Source: Cycas panzhihuaensis (Eukaryota; Plantae; Cycadophyta). From it: a DNA stretch of 64,000 bases. The stretch lies in contig CM041465.1 of assembly GCA_023213395.1 (NCBI GenBank), positions 123,573,741-123,637,740 of the forward strand, in the 5' to 3' direction. Shown piece after piece: positions 39,471 through 53,579 of this stretch (positions are counted from its first letter, which is position 1; every line of letters starts with the position of its first letter). Position numbers and translations under genes: made by a program. The notes beneath the pieces were generated by a model. The model had not been told where the DNA came from. It saw only the letters and a program-made list of their open reading frames with translations, and did not search any database.

Positions 39471-42400
39471 AGATGCTAAAATAACCAGAGGTATTTGATT
39501 GGGATTCAGAAAACACCTCCCCACGCCTTCAAATAATGAATCAGAATCAATTTTGCATTCAAATTCATAAGTTTCATCCCATGTTCATATTTAGAAAAAC
39601 ACTATGAATTCAATTTAGAAAAAATAAAAATTGTTTATGAAAAAAGACAACAAGAGGTATGTGGGATGGACTGGAGGAGGCCCAACAATGGACGGAAAGT
39701 AAAGACCAATGATGAGCATGGACTTCCTTATAGAAATGACTACTCAACAAGCACCTTTCCCAAGCACACATAGATTCCTTATAGTGAAGGCATAGTGGCT
39801 TTTTGTAAATCCCAAGTCTAGAGCATCTAACAAATGAAGGAGAAAACCCATGCTAAGGCATCTGTCAAAAGTTAACTAAAGAGGAAAAAATTGTGCCATA
39901 ATTAGAAAAAGTGGAAGAAGAACTCCAAAAAGGTCATCCGTGGAATGAGACGCTAGAGGACAATTATAGTATGTCTGTGTGGCAGGGGTCATGTTTTAAA
40001 ACTTTTATTATAAAGATATTAGTATGTGAGTTATGTGGAGTAAATATAGATAAACAATATAGCACCCTTATAAATTGGCATGTAACAAAGCTGAATAAGG
40101 ATGTAAAAAAGCAGTATGCAAATTGGCTGCCAAGAGAAAGACTCGTAAAGCTAGAAAACTAGCAAAAATATTGAAGCACCAATTATATTTCACGGTATTC
40201 CATAAAACATGTGAGCAAGAATGAGTTGTTTAGAATGGCCATTGTTTGAGTTTGTCATTGCTAAAATGATCATTATGAAGAGCCGCCTAAGCGGGACAAT
40301 GTCAAATCCAGAGCCAGAGGCAAGGATAAAGGAAGTTTTATGGAATTTGCATAAGGTGATGGCAAATTATGAAGAGATGTGAAGGGCCTGAGAAGAGCAG
40401 ACAAGCCATTCAATCCAAACAACATCAATGCTCAAAGAGTAGGTCTTGGAATCGCACCTTCGGGGTGGGGGGTGGGGGTGGGTAACTACACTTAGATGAG
40501 GCCAAGTCGAACTATCAAACTATGGTGGTAAGAAACCTACGACAATAACTGAAAGCAACACCCACAAGGGGTGATTATGCATCAAAACGTATGTTTGGGA
40601 CCCACAAATGGCACGTGAACTCCTTTGAGGCAACTCTACTTCAGTTTAGACCAATGGGCAAGTGAGGGGTATCCCCAGTTTCCCGAGTAACCCCAAAAGA
40701 GGTCCTCATGTCCTTAGATGGCCAAAGGAAGGAGGAGAAAGAGAGTGTGGGAATGGCTCCTCACATAGAGAGGGAGTATAAAGGGGACAACTTTAGTAGA
40801 GAAGAAGGGTGGCACATGCACGCAGGAGATGAAGAAGAGGACTAATCTCATAGGTTAGGTATCGACCTAAAGGCCACACTAAAGTGGTTTAATCAAACTA
40901 AGTAGGGAGGACCAAGAAAGCAACCTTAGAAGGGGGATGCCCTCAAGGTGCTAGGCCTAAGAAGGTCTTAGGAGTAAGAATCAATAAAGGAATGTCTCAA
41001 TGGTAGCTATATGATGCAAAGCATATGTAAAAGATGTAAGTTTACTCAATAATACAACAGGATGAGCATGCAAATATGCAAGATTCTTACTACATGCACT
41101 TTCCTATGAAAGTGAGCAAACTAGTTGATAGTAAATGACGAAAACTAGTTCTTTTTCTTTTCCTTTTTCAAATAATGTATGGGTGAAGGCAGAAAAAGAG
41201 AGGGAAGAAAAAGAAATAGGAAAAGCCCAAGGCATACATAGAATATGACGGCTGAACCGGCATTGTCCTTGTTACACTTGTCACCCTCATCTTCCTCCAA
41301 CCATAGATAGCATGGGATGGTGTTGGCGAAGAAAGGAGGGGTTCCCCTTACCTTCCCCCAATTCAAAGGAAATGAAATGGCAAGGAAAGTGGTGTAAGAA
41401 AATGCAAAAGCAAATACAACTTACGATTTTAAGAGAAAAAGAAGTACTGGTTAGAAGGATGGGGACATACCTGGAGCGGGATCCCCCTTTGCTCTTCATG
41501 TGCAACAAGGTAAACTGCAAATCAAACCAACTTTACCCTTTCCCAAGGGATACCAAGTATACATGGGATAGATACACAATAAAACGAATGATAGGGCTCA
41601 TGATTTTTAGCCAAAAGGAATGTCTCTCACCACAACATTACTTCTCGTTCCTTTTATATCATTTAGTAAACAATAAGGGAAAAAGGGGGGGGCCAAAGAG
41701 AGAAGGAGGATGGATAGCCTCGAAATGGCTAAACCTCTAAATTGGATGTGCTCCACATTGTCCAAGTACCAGGGAAGATGAGGCAAGGTGAATGCAAGAA
41801 ACCCTTGAGATGCAAGTGAGAAAGTGGAAGAAAATGTTGCTAAGGCTGTCAATGTTGCGAAAGTTGCAATGTGCAACTATCACAACCTTGATAGGGTTAA
41901 GCTGAAAGGCACAAGAAGCTATGGAATGGATGGCTAAAATCACCTCTTGTAGGACTTGTGAAGCTGGTCACAAGTGTAGCCAGGGGCTGCCTATGCTACT
42001 GCCAGTAGTGGTCTTCTTTCGAACGACCTTTTGGGAGCTCAAGGAAAGCATGAAGGAAGAAGAGATGAGGAGAGAAGGGGAGTTGCCCTTGAGGAGAAGG
42101 CCTACTAGGTGCAGAACCCTGCCTTTGCTCCTTTCACTCTCCATGAAGATCTCTTCTTTGCTGCCCCCTTGTAGCAACCAGGAAAGAGCCAAGAGGAAAA
42201 ATAAGAGATAAGCAAGATGGGAAGGATTTGCCTCCCACTTATAATAAAAACTGAAGAGAAAATGCTATAAAAGTGCTAACAAATGATGTTTATATTGCTT
42301 AAAGTAAAAGAAGGACAAAACATTAGCTCAGGAATACTTGCTATGGGTAGATCATAGGCAGATCTACTAATAAAACAGGGGAGAGAGACCAACCCTATAG

Positions 42401-43503
42401 GGTTTATAGGTGAAACCACAAAGGAGCAGCAAGCTGACAGGAGATTAGAGTGAAGAGAGTGGATCTAGACTTGATGAAACACTTTGAGCATGTCCTTCCC
42501 TTAGCTAGCCACATTGTAGGCCTGTAACAATGTATCTGGAGCCGTAGGAGACTGATGGCAGGTTGAGAAGCTATTGTAGCAGGTAGGCTAAGAAGCTATT
42601 ATAACAGGCTCCATCCTTGTTGCAGGGAATTTTTCTAAAGAAGTGCTAGGAGAGTTGAGTGAAAGTTAATAAGATGACTTGAAATGATGTTGTTTTTGGG
42701 TTTCTAAACCTAACCCTAGCTCAATCGAGCAATTAGGGTTCAGCTTGAGGCGAGAATACATCTCTTCCACGTGGCAATTTCACAATAAATGTGAAATTAA
42801 CTACAACAGATTTTTAAAAATAAAAAAATGACAGTCGCACCATGATAAACTTTGCAGTACCACGAAGTTTGCAGCAGTACCTCGATCTTTATCATAGTGC
42901 ACTAGAACATAGGCAAAAATAAAAGAAAGAGAAGGTTGGGAGCCCAAAAGAGGCAGTACTTTGGCCCTAAGGGGGCCTGACACTCTGTTTAAGTGGCAGG
43001 AAAGGGATTTGAAGCTTAGGAAAGCCTACAACAATAGGTACTGAAGGTAAACTATTCCTGAGAAAAGTTGATAAATAGGCGAAAAGTGCTAACCAGGCCT
43101 GGGCGAGGTGCCAGGGGTCATGACACATCAACAGGTGATGATGCTGGGCTACAGAGGCCCAAAGGTACTAGGGGACATTGTGGAGACACAAAGGAGGGCT
43201 ATGGGTTACCATGGGATATGTATCCCTAGATTATCATAGGCTAAAATGGTATAATGCAACGTGATTAAGTAGTCGATGCATAGTGATCAATTAATGAACT
43301 TGGTAATTATGTAATGTAGATAAAATGCTTCAATCCACCTCTAAGTAGAACTCATGGAGGTGAGGGATAGAAGCGTACCTACACCTACCTGAGTTAACCC
43401 ATCTGTGTTCATTCCCGGTAGCCGGGAAACACTGCCCCCTTGGCGGCAGACCCTTGCTACTCAGAAGTGTAACGCAATGGTGAATGCTGGCAACAAAAAT
43501 GTT

Positions 43504-44431
<928 letters not shown>

Positions 44432-44859
44432 CAAATATGATGATGGTATGAGCTAAGGATGACGGTGAGTGTCATGGCAAGACGCGTGGATAAGGAGATG
44501 AGGGAGATATAACATAGGGCTTGCCTACATGTTGCTCTAAAGCCGGTGGGTAGGAAGAACAGATGGGGAGATGCCCCCATCATATGAATGCAACAACTAA
44601 TGGTAGTAATCATGACCATAATCAAACAAATACTGTGAAAATTATGTATATGAGAGAACTAGAATAATAAGGGTTTTGTACTAGGGCCGACACAGATGGT
44701 AGGGAGAAGAAAACAAAACTGGTGGTCACCATAGTTTAACCTCATTAGCGGCCAACTTTCAAAGGTGCAAGCAGATCGCAATATGAAAGAAGAGATGACC
44801 TAAAACTTGGGTGCTTGGGTGACCAGATAAGTTTCTCAAGGGGGGTCATCGAGGAGAGG

Positions 44860-45258
44860 GAGGTGATGCTCGAGGATGAGACAAACAAAGCTATATTCCT
44901 CAGCGTTGTGATCCTGAGGGATGTGACGAATGTCGACGGAAGAGAAACGTGCCAAAAGAGACCTATCGGTAGAGGTGAGGGCCCTTAGATGTGAGAAATG
45001 CACCTGGTAGACTTAAGTGAGATGGGACACCACAACTTGAGAGTCGCAAAGGAGGATGATAGGTCCCTAGTGAAAATAGAACGCATCAGTAAGAGCTTCA
45101 ATAACGGTCATGTATTCAGCTTCGTTATTGGTGGCTTCAGGGAGGAAGACTCTAGAAAGCATATAGTCATACTTGGAGGGGTCACGGAGGATCCACATAG
45201 CAGTAGAAGGGCCTAGGTTATCGCAACTTCCACCGTTGGTGAAGATGAGTAATGTCAT
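44860..45258 (-). pseudogene. Stand-alone archaeal-type RNase H (aRH) ORF, disrupted
   Basis: MTLLIFTNGGSCDNLGPS...ATNNEAEYMTVIEAL...LCDSQVVVSHL...IRHIPQDHNAEE carries the RNase HI motifs DG.S..NPG, TNN.AEY, DSQ.VV and HIPR..N. Two in-frame stops. Confidence 0.88.
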
Positions 45259-45829
45259 GTTAGAAAGGATAGAGACCTCGATAAGGTGAATGAGGAAAAA
45301 AGAGTGATAGCAGGATCAATGAGTGAAAAAAGAACTCAACGGGGTGAAACAGTCATGAGGTACTCGAGTGGCTATAGACAGAGGTCGTAAAGAGTAGGAG
45401 GACCTAAAGACGAGGCTACCCAGGGACAAGGAGACTAACCCAACAGGCGGGAAGGAGACGACGATGAAAATGCCCCTATGGGGTCCCAAAGGTTGCTGAA
45501 GGAAGCAAGGCGCGATCCCAAATGGGGAGGGCACTTCCTTTGGGAGCCCCAAAGGTACGAACGGGCAGAAAAACTAGGTTCAGGATGACGAGATGAGCCA
45601 AATGAGTATAAACATGAGTATATTTAGGGATGGTACAAAAATTGCGATAGAAGGGGCCTCGCATGAACTGAAGGGCTCATCATAAATGTGCCCAAAGAGA
45701 GAAAAGGAAAGAGGGCCACTGGGGTGAAATAGGAGATGGGCCCATAAGGCAAAGATAACAAGAGGAGAGAGATGGTCCTAAGGGCTGTTACAGAAAGAAA
45801 AAAAGAGGAGGTGCCCGTTGGGGCCCCTG

Positions 45830-45840
45830 CCTATATAAGG
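45830..45840. promoter_or_regulatory. Candidate TATA box between the divergent aRH and PMD genes
   Basis: Quasi-palindromic CCTATATAAGG, followed on the minus strand by a pyrimidine-rich leader. Confidence 0.45.
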
Positions 45841-45999
45841 AACACTCGGTGAAAACGGGATTTATTTTCACGGGCTCATGATCGATATGGAGCCATTTTC
45901 CTTACATAACGGAGCACCACCCAACTTTATAGGCGTGCGGACAGAAATTAGGCTTTTGGATCGATGCGAGGAGATAGTCGTTAGGACTAGGGAAATGAG

Positions 46000-48470
46000 A
46001 TGGCGGTAGCAAGGTCAGATCCGGTGAGTGGATCGTCCCATAACCATCTCGTTTCGTTGGTTGAAATTAATGCCATTTCATACTTTTATTAAGTAATTTT
46101 TGGCTCCTTAAGGGTGAATTAGGATCCTCTTGAGCCTGATTTGGGTCCAGAGAGAGGGAGGACGAGGGCATCAGGTAGCCCTGGTCCTAGTTGGCCTAAG
46201 TGTGGCTCACTTGGGTAAAATTTTTGGATTTTTTAGGCATAACCCCCCCTTTATGGGGATGAGACTGGCCCCGTGATAAAGATCGTGGTGCCGTGAAGTT
46301 CACTATGAGGCCACTGAGATAGTGCTAAAAACTCAGCGAGGCTAATGCCAAACTCTGTGGTACCACAAAGTTAAGCATGGACTACAAATAGGAAAAATGA
46401 GGAAATTGACCCAAAGGGATGCTAGACCTAGCCTAGAGGAGGGGAAAGGTAACCTGAGGGTAGTCAGATAGTCATAGGAGTATTCTGACTGATTATTGGG
46501 TGCTTTGCAGGTGGTTATCACGGTGGACAACCGCGAAAACATCAGTATAGCTATGATGAGCTTCATAGAGATGCTGACTTGGGGGGATCGGCGGATCCTA
46601 AGGAGATGCGGTTTGCTGAAGGTTATCAGGATGCCTTAGACCAACGTCTTTTGGTAGACATCATCGCCCACCAGGATCATAGGCAACACGTATTCCACCC
46701 CCCCAGGGTAGGGGACATTACCATCACACCAGGGGACATCTGGAGGATCCTTGGCATACCCACAGGAGGAGCACTGATGTCACTAGGGGCATTGCCTAGT
46801 AATAATGCTGCACACAAAGAGACATCCATGTTCTTCATGGGCTAGGATAGATGGGAGAGGCATGGGATACCTGTACAGAGCATGGTCATGTCACAGATTC
46901 CTTAGGTGAGGAAGTTGACCACACTAAGTATTTTATTTTAGATTTCCTGGAAACATAACTATAGAGATATCCTCGGTGGTTAGATAGAGATAATGAGGTG
47001 ATGTGAGGCTGGGGAGAGGATGGATTGGGCCACCCTGATAGCAGTGAACATGATTGCCCAACTAGACCTATTAGAGTGACGGGGAGAGGAGGATTCTCCT
47101 ATAGTACACTACTACAATGTTATTTTTTCGACCACTTTGGAGCTATAGCACCAGAAGAAGGGCCATATCATATCTCAGTATGGGCTCCCATGATACACAG
47201 GTGGCAGACTCAGTTTAGGGGAATCAAGGATCATGCATACATTTGATGCTTGATGGAGATGACATCACTGGACCTCCTCACCATAGCAGACTATACGGCA
47301 GACCCATATAAAGGGGTGAGGTGGGATAATGATGACGAGGCATAAAGAGCAGAAGGAGCAAGAGGTGAGCTTGGAGGTAATGATGACGATGACAGTGATG
47401 ATGGGGCAAGCCCATTGCGAGCAGCTGGTGGTGAGGCGGGTCTGTGAGGGACTGTAGGAGATGAGGCAGGGCCTTTGGGAGCTATAGGAGGAGAGGAGGG
47501 TCCCTTAGGACCTATAAGGAGAGGCAGACCACCTCGCACATTGGTTCAGAGATTGAGGGTGGTCGGGAGAGCTCGAGCAGTGGCAGCTGTAGTAGAGGTA
47601 GCAATAGAAGGGTAGGAGACACCCCAAGCCGAGGCGGTTGGCGGTGGTACCGAGCAGGAGGTACCAAGTGAGGAGTTCCCAAGGAGGTGATAGTCGCCAG
47701 AGCGGAGGAGCTGGTTGTCCCAAGAGATGAGACACTACCCTTTTCCTCCTATCCTTTGACTATCAAGTATTTAGTTAGTTTGCTTTTGGTTTATTTTTTT
47801 GGGTTTGATGTGCATATGGATATGAGGACTAATATGTGTCACATTTGACTTAGCAAGAGTAACAGAGATGGGGAGGTTAATCAAGGTAATAGTCTGGGAG
47901 ATATTTCCCCAGGCCTACGCTGAGGGGCAACCTCCCATCCAGGAAGGAGAGGAGCCACGATCGGCAGGGGCACACATAACGACATTTGCCCCATTGATCA
48001 AGGCTAGGATAATCTGGGTAGTGGAGTCCCAGGAGCACCGGGTAAGTGTGGGACAACTACAGGGGGAGCTAGATGGGACCCACGCAGAGAGGGATACCCT
48101 ATGTGGTCGAGTCCAAGTGTTGGAGGCTCAGGGTACTGGAGTAGGTAGGGATGCAGAGAGCTACGTCAGAGTTGTCATACTGGAGGAGCGACTCCGAGGA
48201 GTAGAGGAGAGGCTATGATGGGTAGAGGGAGAGAGGGATCATCTCCATGGGAGATACGATCAGTTGGTAGACCAGGTCACATCAAGATCGACATGGAGTA
48301 GGACCCAGACACAGATGCTAGTGGCGACCCTAAGGAGGCCTCAAGATGAGGGGAGTGAGGTAGAGAGCTCCTTGCGACAGAGGAGGAGCCTAGGAGGCAT
48401 GTGATCTCATGGGGAGAGATCTCGACAACTAGGAGATGACACTTCATGAGCAGAGGAGCACTAGAGAGTA
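46000..48470 (+). pseudogene. Antisense plant mobile domain (PMD, aminotransferase-like) gene with acidic linker and coiled-coil-like C-terminus; intron-containing, disrupted
   Basis: LLVDIIAHQDHRQHVFHPPRVGDITITPGDIWRILGIPTGG and GGFSYSTLLQCYFFDHF match PMD motifs. ATG at 46000, phase-0 intron 46024-46510 (CCG|GTGAGT...TTTGCAG|GTG), heptad-like E/R-rich region at 47868-48450. Confidence 0.75.
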
Positions 48471-49244
48471 GGGTAGGATTAATTTTGATTAGGAAAGCAT
48501 CAAACCTCTAGGGAATCAGCATACATTACCACATGATTATACTCCCTACAAGGATTCTAGCTTCCTATGGATGATGTACCATACCGTTTGTATGATATAA
48601 CATATTATGATTTTTTATGTATATAGACAGGGCCATTGGTACCTCATTTGATGTATAATGATGATGTTATGATAGTGTATTTCATTGCTTTTATTTGCAT
48701 GTTTGTGTATATATGTGTATGGGTGCACAAGTGTACGAGGAGCTATAGACCATGATGATTTGGAGTTGACTATTATATGATTTGTGTTATAGGATTGTTT
48801 GAGTTATGCACATACTTCCTTTCATATAGGGCCATACTCTTAGCAGACATACATGATCACCACGAGTGTAGGTGATAGGCACATGTGGGACTAAGAGATG
48901 GGGAGTCATACATATCCATCGTAGGAGCATAGCGGGGTATGTAAAGGAAGTTGTAGCAGGAGAGGGAGTAATGATACTTAATCACGCCATCCTAGTTGGG
49001 GAGTATATTCAAGCTTGGGAGCGACATGGACCACATGCCTAATTAGGAGGGAAAGTCCCCTAGGGAAGGGGAACCAAAAGGTGCCATAGAAGGAACCTAG
49101 AAAGAGTAGGAAAGTCACCCCAAGCCGCCATCCCATTTGCGATTACAAGGAATGGGGACGCACTTAGGGTGATAGTTTGGGCTCATTTCGGAGCATGAGA
49201 AAAAGGGGAAAAGGTGTGCCTAACCTATATAGGGATAGGGATAG

Positions 49245-50400
49245 TCACACATAAAATTTCTTTAGGAACTTTTGATTGACATCTTTCTTAAACTTAAGAC
49301 CCTCCAAGGTTGAGATCCTATAGGCACCATTATTGAGGCTCTCGAGAACGACAAAGGGGCCAACCCATTTAGGTCTGAACTTAGATAAGCGATCATGGAG
49401 ATATTCCAATTTGATGACATGGTCCCCAGGATGCAAAGGGTAGGGGCGAAGGCGCTTGTCGTATGTCCTTCACGCCCTAGCCTTAGAAGCGAGGTTCGCT
49501 TGGTAAGCGATCAAGCGTCTCTCGTCTAAAGTTTTGAGGTCTAGGAGACGAGCTTGACAGAGGGACTCCACATCAGCAAGGCCCTGAAGGGAAACTCATA
49601 AGGAAGGGATCTCGACTTCTAATGGGAGAACTACCTCTATTTTGTACACCAGGGAGAACGGGGTCATTCTAGTAGCTGTGCGAATAGATGTGTGATATGC
49701 CCATAGAGCAAAAGGGAGTTGAAGATGCCAATCCTTTTGAGATTGGGCAACAGTTTTCTTTAAGATATTTATAAGGGTTTTGTTAAATGACTCAACTTGG
49801 CCATTAGCCTGAGGATAATAGGGAGAGGAAGTTTTGTGAGAAATTTTAAATTTCTCACAAAGCTCATCCATCTCCTTATTACAAAAAGGAGTTCCATTGT
49901 CTGTGGTCAGGACGTCGGGGACTCCGAAACAACACATCATGTGTTGGTAGACGAAGGTGGCTATTGTCTTATCAGGGGTAGAGGATAAAAGGACCACTTC
50001 GGCCCATTTAGTGAAGTACTCTATCATGATCAAGATGAACTTATGTTGTGACAAAGAAGGTGGGGATATGGCTCCAATAAGGTCCAACCCCCATTAGGAG
50101 AAGGGCCATGGAGATATGATAGGATGGAGGGCCTTGAAAGGCAAGTAGGTAATGTTGGCATGCTCTTGGCATCGCTGACATCTCAGGGCATAAGCATGGG
50201 CATCCTTAAAGAGGGATAGCCAATAATACCCTATGCGAAGGATCTGTTGGGCCATGGATTGGCCCCCAAAATGGCCTCTGCAAATGTCGTTGTGGCATTC
50301 ACAAAGTATTTGGTCTGCTTCGTCAGGGCTGACATAGTGGAGAAGGATCCTGTCAAAGGATCTCTTGTACAATACTTCACCCATAAGGAAGTAATGCTTG
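49245..50400 (-). pseudogene. Gypsy integrase
   Basis: HHCC finger (CH...GHFGG...CQRCQ), GLDLIGAI, EYFTKWAE, TDNGTPF, YYPQANGQVE, and the C-terminal KFRPKWVGPF module. Confidence 0.95.
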
Positions 50401-50476
50401 GCAATAACCTGAATACGTGACCTAACTTTGTCGCTAGCTTCAAGACAATACTACTGTTGGGCGAGGTATCCCCATA

Positions 50477-51950
50477 TCACTCATTGTCAGTGAGTAGATG
50501 AGGGGAAGAATCCTGAATAGCCAAGATGGGCTCATCAGGCAAAGAATTATCAACGAGAACATCAAGAGGATTCAGGATAAGGGTGTTAGTAAGTTGCTCA
50601 GCAATGACCATCCCTTCCTTTAACTTCTTGTTAATGATTTGGAGGTCAAATTCCTGAAGGAGGATGGCCCACTTGCCAGTCCTACCTGTCAGGTCAGATT
50701 GAGTAAGCAAGTATCTCAGGGGATCAGACTGGATGATCACCCGAGTAGTGTTCCCGAGCAAGTAGTGCCTAAACTTCTTAGTAGTGTGCACCAAGGAGAG
50801 TCACTCCTTCTCGGTAGGAGAGTAATTAAGTTCAGCAACTATGAGGGTGCGACTGATGAAGTAAATAGCTCTTTCGGTTCCTGAATCGTCCTTTTGGGCT
50901 AGAATGGTGTCCAAGGATTCATCAGTAGCTGAAGTGTAGAGAACGAAGGGCATGTCGAAGAGAGGAGGCACTAGAGTTGGAGCAGAAGTGAGAGCTTCCT
51001 TGAGCTCCTTAAAGGCTTGTTGAGCCTTTGAAGACTAAACAAATGCCCCCCCCTTCTTTAACAGGTTGGTAAGGGGTTTTGTATTTATGGCAAAATTTGC
51101 CAAGAAACGCCTAAGAAATCCTAGCCTACCTAGGAATGACTTGATTTGTCATTGGGTCTTAGGAGGTGGCATGTCAAGGATGGCCTTGACTTTGTCAAGG
51201 TCGATTTGTATTCCTTGCTTTGAGACAAGGAAGTCGAGGAGTTTGCTAGCTGTTACAGAAAATGCACATTTGAGAGAGTTCAGGCTTATATGGTATTTGC
51301 GACATCGTATGAAGATGGCTCGGAATCAGAAAGATGGTAGGTCCTAATACGTGAGAGACCCATCATATCGTCCATGAAAACCTCTAAGGTTTTGTTGATA
51401 AAGTCATGAAAGATGAATTGCATCGCCCTTTGATAGGTGGCACCTGTATTCTTTAGCCCAAAGGGCATCACCTTGTAGGCAAAAATACCCGAAGGGTTAG
51501 TGAAGGCCATCTTGTGATGGTCTTTGAGAGAAATTTGGATTTGGTTATAGCCTGAGAAGCCATCCATTAAGGACAGGACTTTGAAACTGATGGTTCAATC
51601 AATGATTTGATCGATGAAGGGGAGCAAGAAGTTGTTCTTAGGATACATGTTGTTGATGTCTCAGAAATCAATGCATATCCTAATTGTCCTGTTCTTTTTG
51701 GCAACAGGGATAATGTTGGATACCTTCTTAGGGTAGTCAATAGAAGTGATTAACCCCGTGTTTAGGAGTTTTTTAACTTCTATCTTAGCGGCAGTTGAAA
51801 GCTTGGGATAGAGAGGGTGTTGTTTCTGATGCACGAGGTGAGCACCCAGGATAGTGGTAAGATTATGGGTAACAATGGAAGGGTCTATTCCCTTCATATT
51901 AGAGTAGTCCCATGCGAAGACATCTCAAAATTCCTGGAACAGAAGGGTGT
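50477..51950 (-). pseudogene. Gypsy RT and retrotransposon RNase H
   Basis: MKGIDPSIVTH, IRICIDF, MDGFSGYNQI, YKVMPFGLKNTGATYQRAM, FMDDMM, KKFRHYLLG, KWAILLQEFDL. Confidence 0.95.
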
Positions 51951-52849
51951 ATTCCTTCATTTTATCGAGAGAGCATTCTACTCCTACTTTTATGACCTTA
52001 CCTGGGGCAAGGACTATGTCCTTGGTTATCCCCATGCACATAGTATTCCCTTCCTCGAAGTGAAGGGGGGCTCGGTCAACAGGAGGGTGGAAGAATAGGT
52101 GATGGACTTGGGTCGACGAGAGATGACCCAATAGCTAAGACCTTCTGGTGACCAAGCCTGTGGTGACTAGAAGGGAAATTGGGCACAGATCCTACTAGAT
52201 GCTCGAGCAAGGCCTCGTCATCCTTGAAATAGTCTATCCCATGGATAACCATGCTTCGAGAAGACAATGAGCACAAAGTAGAAGGAGTAGTGGGGCTATA
52301 GCAGTCCATCTGTCACTCCACGTACTCGAGAGACTCTTTGGAAGAGTCAGAAAGAGACCCCTCATGGAGGGTAATGAGAGGTTACTCTACCTCATTGCTA
52401 GGGGGAGGTGATAAGGTGGAAGAAAAGGTGATGCTAGGGATTGCATGGTAGGCAGGAGCAAGAACATGTGACCCGAGAGGGAAACGATTTTCCTTTAAGG
52501 AAGGGATTTCAGGTGGGAACCTAAAATGAAGAGAGTGCTCCCTACTAGTATTTAGGAGGGATATGGGATGAGGAAGGTCCTCGTCCTCACCATCAAACTT
52601 GTCGTCACTGAGTACAGTGAGGTACCCATAGCTCCCTACACCAATGGGGGCAAAGCATATAAGGTTAGAGGAAGATGATGAAGGACCTTCTTCCAAAGGG
52701 GATGAAGCATGGATTTCTATGGAACAAGTGGAAGCTCAGGTGAAAGGGCCCTTGTCGCCCTTGGCCTTATCACAAGTCGCTTGACAGGGTTGGCGAGATT
52801 GCTTGGTGGGAGGAGGCTCCCAAGAAAAGACCCTCATTCGTTCTTCATA

Positions 52850-53375
52850 GATGAATTTAAATTGTCCCCAACGAGACAAGCACATGACTCCCATTTGGTC
52901 AAGCCACGGGCATCCCAACAAAAGGTTGTAGTCGACGTTGACATTGAGAACTACAATGTCGATGAGGACAGTCTTCTCCTTAAGAGTGAGGGGGAATGGA
53001 CACCGATCCCAAGGGTATCTTTTCGCTACCATCATAGCGTTGACATCGCCATGGAACCAGCTCCACGGTTGATATGCTAAGCTCTTGCATGATGTGTAAG
53101 GGTATGACATTGATGGAAGAACCATTATCTACAACGGTTCTTTGGAGAGTGCAGTCAGGAGTGTCAATAATTATGGTGAAGGGGTAGTGCCATTGGTGTT
53201 CCCTTTCACTGGTTGGGGGAAGGTCCTTGAGATCGAAAGAGATGACGGGTTCACGACTTAAGGTGATGCCCAAGGTATGAATAGATATGTCACCCAATCC
53301 CAAGGCTTCCAAGAGAAGTGTACGTTGTTCAGGGTAGCTCCTCAAGACGTTCATTATGGGCATCCCTGCGGCCAC
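52850..53375 (-). pseudogene. Aspartic protease
   Basis: RTVVDNGSSINVIP and YNLLLGCPWL. Confidence 0.9.
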
Positions 53376-53579
53376 GGTATGAAGCTCATCGATAACAGAG
53401 AAGGGATTTCCCTTCGCAATAGGTTAGGGAAAAGCTCTTCGAAAGTCATAGCAACCGAGGCACACAAGAATGGTCTTAGGGAGTGTGGGGACTTCCGAAG
53501 GAGGGACTTCCGGAAAGGAATCGAGGTGAGGTATAGAAGAAGAGGCGTCATTTACCTCTTTAACTACTTGAGACCGGGT

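Noticed and set aside
41145-42211. ORFs repeated at 57053-57795
   Set aside because: They are LTR sequence, and their starts, lengths and frames differ between the two LTR copies.
42706-42740. Telomere-like AACCCTA/TTAGGGTT motifs (also ~58563-58600)
   Set aside because: Only one or two units forming a small LTR hairpin; not an interstitial telomere array.
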